Source of the DNA: Bigelowiella natans CCMP2755
Lineage: Eukaryota > Protista > Cercozoa
NCBI GenBank assembly: GCA_000320545.1
Contig: ADNK01003173.1
Coordinates: 7,160 to 71,159 of the forward strand
Length of the DNA: 64,000 nucleotides
Direction: 5' to 3'
Shown in pieces: positions 53,702 to 64,000 of the stretch. A program made the translations under genes and the position numbers. The notes under the pieces are model-generated. The model saw only the letters and a program-made list of their open reading frames with translations. It made no database searches and had not been told where the DNA came from. Each line of letters begins with the position of its first letter. The stretch's first letter is position 1.

Positions 53702-54056
53702 CCCATGGTTAGACAGCCAGCATGACATGATGCATCCACAGGCGCTCAGCTTTCATCAGTGTGCACGTGCGCAATCTTGTGTGAGCGAGCAACGGTTGAG
53801 CACACATGCGATGGGTGTGCGCGGCAGTGCGTTCAGCCTACGGGCATGCACAATGCAAGCATTCGCAGCTAGCTGTATTTTATTTGCATTTGTGTGATTG
53901 ACAACAAAAGAGCAATAGAGAGCACATTCGACAGCTTAATTGACACCGCCACTCAAGAGTTTTCGTTAGTCTAACGTATCATTAAAACCATGTAGGCAAA
54001 CATCGACCCTTGCATCCACAGACAGGGAGTAGGTTGAAATTGCACGCGAAAGTGTG

Positions 54057-56271
54057 TCATTTGCCCTTGTCCTCCAATCTACTACCGTGACTGTTCCCCT
54101 TTTTCATAGGAGGAGGTTGTCGAATACTCTTCGTGTAATGATTACTATTAGAAGAGCTGTGCGAGCCTGGTATATACGTGGAAGTCGGCAGGGGCTGTGG
54201 TGAGTGCTGCACTTGTGGATGAAGACCTCTCTGCTGATAACTTGCACCTACATTAGGTGAAACCCTAAATCTACTGTTGACTGAGACCGGTTCAACATTT
54301 CGAAGCAGCGTTGGTGGTTGCTGTCGTATGATTCTCCCCTGGGGTGGCTGGATTCCACTGCCACTGTTGCTGCTTGCTTGACCCTGCACTTTCTGTAATC
54401 CCCTATATGGACCCTGAAGACACCGAATGATTAGGCAACAAAATTATAGAAATCCGAATGTTAATCAATTGAACAATGAATAAACTAGACATGTAAAGGC
54501 GGTAAAGGAAACGAGCTTGGCTTTTCAAGGGGCATTTTAATTTTTTCCAATCACTATTTTTTATACTCGTACCATTCCTGGGTTGAGAGGCAACTGGTTG
54601 GGATGCTGTTGCTGTGGAAGTGGTTGCCGTATCCTCCCTTCTCCCAGGTTGCTGCCGTACAGTTTATAGGCTGGGTATCCACCATGCAAATGCATTTGTG
54701 CTTCAATTCCGCCAACAGGGATCGTCTGAGATTGAGAGTGGTTCGGGGGTTGGCCATAGTATCTGATACCTTCTACATATGACGGGCCTCTTCCGTAAGG
54801 GGCTCGCATATACTGCGGTTGCTGTGCAAACATGTAGGACACATTAGTTGCACAAATAGGAAAAAGCGTCCAATGTAGCTTCATCGATCCACTAACAGGA
54901 TATTACGATGGCGCATTCCAATAAAATTGTATCACAAATGTAAATGCTTAGTTGTTAATTTAAGTTGGAACATCTTTTCCTACCTCGAATCGCCTCTCCA
55001 TAGCAATCAGGCTTTCATTACTTTTGGCTTCTCTATGCATACCCATTTGGTAACCGAGATTGGAAATATACGACGGATGCACACCTCCGTGTCGCACACC
55101 TCCGTGTTGGCGACTATGCAAAACAAATTGTTCCCAGTCAATGTGCATGAACGTACGAGTGAAGATTATCATAAAAGCACAACTACACAACGAAGTACCG
55201 AGCCATCTCGCCGCCAAACCTCTCGTATGATGTTGGATCTAAGTGCTGCAGCCTTCCTCTGACAGTGAAAATAATGAGATTAGAGTCGACTACATTTATC
55301 AATTAGTTTCATTACCCTTGAGGCAAGTGATAGCTGTACTTCGGGTCATGCACTGGGAGTGCTGGTATTTGATGATGATACTGAGGTAGGTAGCCGCCGG
55401 GATACTGTAAAGAGGAAACAGGTGATTTGCAGTAAACGCACAAAACCATCAAAAAGGCCTTCCAAATCGTATGCAATTTTCATACCTGATCTATCAGTTC
55501 CGGTTGATATGTCTTTAGCACTTGGTATCTCTATAATACAGTGCATTAGTTGCATAATCATAAAGTTGGGAAGTTCTTTTTCGGAGTTACCCGGGGGCCT
55601 AGCGGACCACCCATCATAGAACTCTGCATTTTCTTCCGCGAATCCAGTTTCTCCTTATACATTCTTTTCTCTTTTTCGTATCTGGTCTTATCATACTCTG
55701 CAAGCTGGACGTATGGCTGAATAACACGGCATCTCAGTCTAACACTGAATATCAATTTATGATGAAATAGCACCTGCTTCTCGTCCTTGCTCATGCCTCG
55801 CCAAGTTTTTCCAATCTTTTTTGCCATCTCCCGGAAATCAAGCTGATATACGGAAATTATCTACGTGTCAGATTAATTACGTCACAAAAAAATTTCTGGT
55901 TTTACACCTCTGAATCGCTAGGGCTCATCTCAGAGCGTTGCTTCACAACAAAAAATAGGTATGCTGACAGTGGATTTTTTGGTGCATCTGGATCTTTCGT
56001 TTTCTTCCGCTTCTTTTTTGTGCCAGATCCTACCGATTATCAAGTTTGTGAAAGGAGGGACACTCGCTTTCTGTATATAACTTTAGTAACCTCGTGAATC
56101 GTTGCTACTTTTCGGTGGCTGTTTTCTGACTTTTGATTTTGTGGCCTCAGGCTCAGGAACCGGGCTCCCTGCATGTGCAGGAGTAACAGATGCCTTTCCC
56201 AAAGACTCTTTCCCCTTTGTAGTAGGTTCGGTGGACGGGTTGCTTCCCTCTGCGGGAGGCGGCGATAGCAT
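54057..56271 (-). CDS. HMG-box protein with Q/P/G-rich C-terminal exons (3' part less certain)
   Basis: KKTKDPDAPKNPLSAYLFF; FREMAKKIGKTWRGMSKDEKQ|PYVQLAEYDKTRYEKEK. Confidence 0.85.
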
Positions 56272-57615
56272 TGCCGTGGAGCTAATGATGAGTGGAGGGG
56301 ACTACAATTGTGGCTCTGATTTTAGGGCGGAACGAGGCAAGACGCTCACATAAAAGCCAAATGATAGGTCGGAATGCAGGGGGATATTTAAAAAAAAATG
56401 ATAACTTTTCTGTTTTCATGCATGAATACTAAAATTCTCCTTTTCTTCATGTAGAACTGCATCTTAAATAAATAGTGGAAGATGCGACCTTAAACAAGAT
56501 GAGGACTCTTCTAAATCAGTTCCGAATTTAATTTGAGAGTGTTTCGTGAAAGATGCATTCATTACGGTTAGAAATCTCCTCAATTTCTATGGATTTCTTC
56601 TTATGTCTAGGTGAATTATCTATAAATGAACAAATTAATATACAATTAAAGCTGCCTCAACGCTTAGGATTGGTGGGTACTTCTTAAAATCACACAAAAA
56701 TCACACACATATAACGAACATATAACGAGGCTTTTCCAGACGTTTTCAATTTCGTAATCCGTCAATTCCGGGGGCAGATTTGGATGGCGCCTCAGTATCC
56801 ACACAAAATGGTCTATGCGACAAGATAAATTTGCTTCTTCCTAAAGTAAATATGTAAATTACTAAGGTACCGGTAGATCTAGATCTAAACAAAAAATGAC
56901 GTAGTAAAAATGGAGATGGCAAAACTTCCTCACGTGCAGATCTACATGTATCTACGTCTAACTAGATCTAATCTCGCACAATTTTGTTCAGGGGCTCACT
57001 CGGAATCCCCGGCATTCCCTGCTGTGGCGTCGTATCCGAGAAGGAGTTCACACTTTAAGACTTTTATTCTATTGATAATTAGAGATTTTATTTTCAAGAA
57101 TTAGGCATATTTATTCAACTATTGACACCATCTAAGTCGCATAATGTCAAAATGCACATTTCAAACAAACTTTATTATTCTGATGTGACTGATGAATAAG
57201 TCGTAAACCAGGTGTGAAGCGATAAATTAAACTATTGCCGGAGAATAGCGGTGAGTAAAGGGATCTTGAACAAAAAAGCGGCTTGAAGGTGCGTGCATGG
57301 GGGAAGAGGGCATTGAAGCGGGGACGAGAGAAGGCGATAGTACATCATCACAATAGCATTTCAAGTGCAGAGAGAATTGCATCGGATTGGTAGCTGAGAA
57401 GGGAATTTGAGAGTTGCAGCAGAGTGAAGATAGAATAACTAAAAAGACGAGTGATGGAGTAACACTGGAAGAAATGTATTTTCGAGGAGGCTATCATTCT
57501 CTAGAATACATATGGCCGTCTCTCCACTCGAAATGCGTAAAAAAAAATTGGAAAAGATCAAGCATTCTTAATTTTGATGCGTTTTAAGTGAGGATTATTA
57601 CTTATTTCTTGTTGA

Positions 57616-58267
<652 letters not shown>

Positions 58268-59176
58268 TTGTGAATGAGGGGACGTGCATAATGCGCTGGA
58301 TGGGTGTTTCCACCTAAGTCACATAAAATCATAGCTACTCCATTTCACACACGATGACTTACTTGAGCTTGTTGGTGCAACATTTTTGCGGCATTTGTTT
58401 GAGAACATCTCAACATTACGCACTTGAATGTGCATGAACAAAACGAATTTGTTTCGCATTACAGCTTACTCGTCGTCGTTCGTTTGCTGCGCATGTGATC
58501 GCATCTAGCTAGCTAAAGGCATCATCATTTTTGTGACATTTTCCCTTGCTACAGCTGCCCTCTGCGGCTGGGTTTGCGCTGTGCCTTGCGCCCAGTCGCC
58601 ATATTATTTGCACCGCGCGCCATCTCTTTGTTATCAGCTGATCGATATGACAGATTATTAGCACGTACGGTGCTACGTACAGTAGGTTATAGTGCGCATG
58701 TACGTACTGTCCGTACGCATATATAGCGGCGCAACGCTACGTGCGCAAGTCGATCTAGCAGATCGAAGTGCGATGCGTGCACGATGCACACATGCAGTTA
58801 TTGACATTGCATGTGCAGTCCATAGCAGTGTGCATTGAGTCTGCAAGTCACAGAAGTCGCATTGTGCTTGTGACCTTTGACATTCGCTTTGACAAACTAG
58901 CTGATGTCAGATATGATGTCGATCCAGATGTGACGAGCGAGGCAAGCGTAGCGTCGCATGCTAGCATGGGTTGCGTGAAGCATTGCTGGCTGTGCTATAT
59001 TATAGTGCGGTAAAGGGTCAAAAATATAAAAACAAAAGACTGACGTGCAAGATTCTCTACGACTTGCTTTTCGCTAGCGATGTTCGGTCACTCTAGATCA
59101 CAATTCAAACCATCACACCATCTTGCCTCTGTCCCATATATGAATCATTTTTTCACACAGATGTAATCCTATCTAC

Positions 59177-61129
59177 TCAATGTTGTGGGAAAAGGCAGAC
59201 CCCTTTGTGCCCAAATCGTTGATACCCTGGGACACAGATGGCTCCAGGAGGACAAGTGGAATCCGCGTGCGGGTCGGCCTCAACTTTTGTCCTGTTTCGA
59301 TTGCATGCTAGCAAGCAATGCCGTTCCAGAAGGTGTGGTTCATTATTCTTGTTGATCGCCATGCAAACAGGAGTCACGCCAGTTTTTCTATTGCGCAGTT
59401 GTGGGCAGCCGTTTGAAGTTGGGTTGTAGCCGCCAACCTTGCAGAATGGAAGCTTTGGCGCACAGACCGCAGCCGTCGTATTGGAGTCTATAGTAAATTG
59501 AATCGTCGACTCAAATAGCTCGCACCCCGATTTGGGGTCTCCATATGGATGCCTCCACGAACCATTATTCCATAATGATGATTCGGCGGTCTGATGAGCT
59601 CGGACAGCTATTTCTTCCGCAACTTCTGTGTATCCCTTAGAAGCGATAAAGCCGCGGGGGGGATGGGGCTTTGTACTCACCCCCAAGCCCTCGTGGTATG
59701 GATTCGTGAATTTGGACAGAAACTCCCAAACTAATGGCCCATTAAGGCCAGGGGAGTTGCCGTAATAATTGTGTCCTCCTGACCATGCACATCGAATTAC
59801 AGGATATTCTCCATCGTCACCACACGACTTGCCCCAGCAGTATAAATCCTGTACCCCATCAAAGCTAGTTGGATAATGCTGCGATGAGCTGCTTTCGGAG
59901 CAGCCGTTAACGGGCTCCCATGCAGAGAAGATGTCGGTCATTAGGCTATAAATCCAGCCCTCGGAGGATAGGGGGACTTGGAGACAGTCTGTTTTATTGA
60001 TCGGGATGATCGTGTCTTTTGTTCCTGTCACATCCATCACAGGAATAGGAGCGACAGGTGTTTGGATATAACCGTTCATGAAACTTCCCGATATCGGAGC
60101 AATTGCTGCGAGACGAGAGGCCAGCGAAGCCCCGATTTGGAACGAATAGATGGCTCCGTTAGACCTGATGAGAGAACTTATTAGTAAATCTACTACCTCT
60201 TTTCAGCATCGAGCTTTGAAAACCAAAAGTATATCCGGGACAAAAAATGGGTGCTTGTTTGTGGAGGATGTTATGGTTCGATTACTGTCCAGTCGCGTAC
60301 TCCCTTGTTACATCAATGCATAGCACAGACTCCAGATAATCCAGAACTGCCACATTGAACGTAGTAGAATCTAAACACGTGGTCCAGTCGCAGCCGACTG
60401 TGAAAAACATTACACATAAATCCAAGATTGCAAACGCTAGTTATTCCATCATAACATACGAGGATCGCATCCTTTCCACTTCTCCGTTTTTCGAAGCTTG
60501 CAGCTTTCATAACAATAGTCCTGGGTGCCTCCCCAAGCCTTGCAACCTGGCTTTTTGGTTGTCGAGTTAACAGTTCCACCACCATTCCAGCTTCGCCAAG
60601 TAGAGTAATAAGGTGTGGGATGCAGATTGTCGTCCCATCCGTTCAGATATGCAACCACAAAACCATGCTTCTCGGACATCGTTGACAGCCCACTTGCAGT
60701 TTCATCTTCGTGCGCTGACTCGGTCCAGCCTGATACACGCACACATTGGTGATATTCGGAACCCACAACGACCCGCCAGTTCAAATCGTGACTTCAGGTT
60801 GAACGTTACCGTGGTGCGACAGGATTAAGGGGACGGGTGTTGTTGGATCATAGGAAGATGGTATGTGAAGCAGATATGATCGTTGAACTCCATCTACTTT
60901 GATCGTCTGTGTATACAACAAAGGACAGGAGGAATTTCACGTGATACCCAACATGCAAATAAATGAGCGAATTGACCATATTCTTCGTGCTGTCCAACGA
61001 AATGGGAGGTTTCTTGCCACAACCTATCGACGAACGTACCCCTAGACAACATAAAGGGGTTATACTAAATAGGAGAAGGGCAGCTGGGGTGGCAAGCCTC
61101 CAGAAAGGCCGTGGCAACACGGGTTGCAT
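59177..61129 (-). CDS. Secreted alpha/beta-hydrolase (LpqP/PHB-depolymerase/feruloyl-esterase-like) with Cys-rich C-terminal domain
   Basis: Signal peptide; SIGCGKKPP; HGFVVAYLNG; nucleophile elbow YATGQ|SNGAI...LAAIAPISG; GGHNY; C-terminal PYGDPKSGC...C-rich module. Confidence 0.82.
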
Positions 61130-61957
61130 AAGGTCTAATCGGGATGGGGATGGCTGTGCTTTGGGTGCCCTGTGGCGTTTTTCCTTGTCGTAGTACATAA
61201 AACCCATGGGACTATCACCGGGTTTCAAGAGCATTCACACAAAAACGCCATGCGAAATCCATTCCGTATTGCCTTAAAAAACGATGTCGGAGTCATAAAC
61301 TCTAGGACGAACACACAAGGGAAAGAACCTTGCAAACCACAAAACGAGGGTTACCAGCCCTCATGGCGGCAACACTCCCCACAACGATTACCACATTCCG
61401 AGCGAAAAGCAGGGGGGAGAGAAGGGCGCAGCGACATCAAATCTCTGGGGGTTTTCGCGCTTCGGCCCAGGAAATTTCGAAATTCCACGTTCTGGCAAGC
61501 GTCGTCGTCGGACAAATATCGGCAATATTCGGCTGAAAGAAAACTCCCGGAATGCAACGGAATTCATTATATTTATGTGATGCGACAACGATATGACTTG
61601 TCGCTTAGACTTTAACCCCTTTAACGAACTGAAACACGTCTGCTTCTTCGACTTTTCCCCCCCCTGAACTTGAGGCGAGGCAAGGACCTCTTTGCGAGGG
61701 CAGCAGGTTAGGAAGAGCGGACTTTATCCCTTCCCTTCCCCAAATTTACTACCTTGCTCTACGATATGGGGAAAGGAGGTGGGGGGGGGGGGACTGGTTT
61801 TCGGCGAGATCAGGGCACCGGAACCGGTTTATGAGTTTACTGATCGGATGGGATATGCTGATGATTCGGATATCAGTATTGCTTGTTTAGCCTGTGGAGT
61901 AGGACGATGATTTCACTTTAAAATAGCTCTCACTTCTCTCCCTCTTTCGTTCAGCAA

Positions 61958-63500
61958 ATGGGTAATTGCGCCTGCAATGCAGAAGCCCCTCCCCCTACTT
62001 ACGGGGAGTCCAAGCGCGACATGGAACTTATGACAACAAAAGAGTGTATCCGAAGAAGGTAAAATTAATTCTCCGTATCGCCATCTCCTACGGCTACCTG
62101 ATCCGTTGATTTTTCAACTAGCGCTAGTATGATGGCAAAAACACCACAAAGAAAGAAGCGGAGGATCAAGGCTCAAGTGTGCGCTCTCGGCCAGGAAATC
62201 TACCCAACGTGCGTATTATTCATCGAGATGAATAGCGCATTATGATTTTAGGGGGGAAAGAGAGTGAAAGAACGCATCGGGGCACTAATGTGAAAACGGG
62301 TTCCTGAAAGACTCGGGCAGTTCCTCTTCGAATTTGATGGTGATGTTTGCTGCTTCTTAGGGCTTCGGAGCACCCGACCCCCGGCGGAGATTGCTTATGG
62401 ATAGATAGCTACGGTGAAGCAATGAAACATCTAAGTGAAGAAGAAGTGAAGCAGGTCAGTGCTGCTACCCGGCAAGATCATTATGCGTGTGTGTTGATAA
62501 AAAATGGGTGTGTAGGTTTGTGGTGTGTGTGCAATTTTGTGTCGGCATCTTCTCTCCAGAAAAGGAGGATTGAACTTCTTTCTTGCTGTGATAATCCAGA
62601 TTTCGTTGGATTTTAGAGAAGCTTGTGAAACAGAGGAAAACTGTAAGATTTCACACCCCAGTTTAGACGAAGCATCGATTGGCGTGGACGAATTTACGCG
62701 CTACTTCTCGCACTGTTTTGGACGAGTGGGCTCCACAATGGCGACTCCGTTGTTCAACTACCTCACATCATATGCTGGCAAGTGCAGTCGAAGAAAGTTT
62801 TCGGAGGACGGCGGGCCGAAATTCCTAAGCTTCAAACCACTCGTCTCTGCGATCTACATGTGGTACTACTCCTCATGCGGTCTCCGCAGTCTGCACAGCC
62901 TCCTCCTCCTCCGTCCCATTCTTCCCCGATGATGCATCGCTGTCGTTTACGTTTAGCGTGTCTGATGTGCCCTTTGTTTTTTATCATTGTTGTTGTTGTT
63001 GTTGTTGTTCTTTTCCTCTCAAGGGAGCGAGGAACGATGAGGGACCGCCTCGTCCTCCTCTTTGACATGTGGGATGTGGATCCTAAGGTAACGTTGCGAT
63101 AGGAGTAGTAAAGCGGTAGTTGTAGCGCAGTAGATATTGTTTGTTGATGAATGCGTGGGTGGATGGGTGAAAGCGACGATAGTAGTAGGGTAAGGAGGTG
63201 CTGTTGCTGTATCATATTAAACGGTGGCAAGTAGGAAATCTAAGCATGATTTACCGCTCGTAGGACGGATATCTTTCGATGCGAGAGCTCAAGAACATGG
63301 TGCGCGCCTGCTCGCGGAGGCGCGCGGCGTCCACGGTCATGATGATGGAGGCGCTCCATCTCGACTTCACGCCCCTCAAGATCGAGGAGAACGCTGCGTG
63401 CCTAGACAACCCACTGGAAGATGACTACGCGTCTCCGCGAAAGAAGAAGCGCCATCTGGAAAAGATCTTCAAGCGTAAGAAACGGAAGGAGAAGATCCGG
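61958..63500 (+). CDS. N-acylated EF-hand protein (calcineurin-B/NCS-like); 3' end obscured by an inverted repeat
   Basis: MGNCAC start (myristoylation/palmitoylation-like); RGTMRDRLVLLFDMWDVDPK|DGYLSMRELKNMV EF-hand. Confidence 0.68.
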
Positions 63501-64000
63501 TATGTGCTTGGTGCTCCCCTTCGTTCGGTTTACAATATAATATAATGCTGCCCCCCCCCCACCCCCCCCCCTCCTCACCCCGCCGGAGTGAGAGCAATCT
63601 CGCGCTTTTGCCCTCCCTCACTTTGGTTTTTTTGCTTTTTTATGTGTGTCTTTTCTTTCCTCACCTTACTCCAGTAAACTGCACGAGGTTGGTGTAAAGG
63701 AGGAAGGGGAGGGGGGGGCGAAGGTCTTTAAAAAGCTACTCAACCCTAGTGAGGGAGGGCAAAAGCGCGAGATTGATCTCAACCCGGAGGGGTGAGGAGG
63801 GGGGGGGGTGGGGGGGGGGCGCATTATATTATCTTGTACACTGAACGAGGGGGAGCACCACGCTCATACCGGATCTTCTCCTTCTGTTTCTTACGCTTGA
63901 AGATCTTTTCCAGATGGCGCTTCTTCTTTCGCGGAGACGCGTAGTCATCTTACAGTGCGTTGTCCAGGCACGCAGCGTTTTCCTCGATCTTGAGGGGGAC
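63369..64000. repeat. Long imperfect inverted repeat (fold-back) centred at ~63685 and running off the window
   Basis: 63700-64000 is the reverse complement of ~63369-63670, with mismatches densest near the centre. Confidence 0.93.

Overview
Intron-rich eukaryotic nuclear DNA with microsatellite-filled introns. It most likely comes from a chlorarachniophyte/cercozoan alga (inferred from a CYP38 with an N-terminal signal peptide and a ubiquitin starting MSMQIF). About 17 host genes are present: 4CL-like ligase, CYP38, cytochrome b5, ABCG, amino-acid permease, SNase, Tyr-kinase-like/multi-TM protein, PSMA3, uS8, MADS-box, a secreted unknown, cysteine synthase, PARG, a tail-anchored TPR protein, HMG-box, Ub-L40, an esterase and an EF-hand protein. 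There are also two near-identical, very young Ty3/Gypsy LTR retrotransposon copies, one full-length and one 3'-truncated but apparently still flanked by a TSD. Two linked signals stand out. (1) The Gypsy polyprotein ends, where a chromodomain usually sits, in a domain resembling a degenerate Dam-like N6-adenine methyltransferase. (2) Both copies sit in intergenic islands almost free of TpA (655 and 720 bp with none), where the surviving TpA is mostly in CTAG. Such islands recur downstream of gene 3' ends but not in divergent promoters, which suggests an undescribed targeted DNA-modification/hypermutation system that the element may read. Exon boundaries were read by eye and are approximate.
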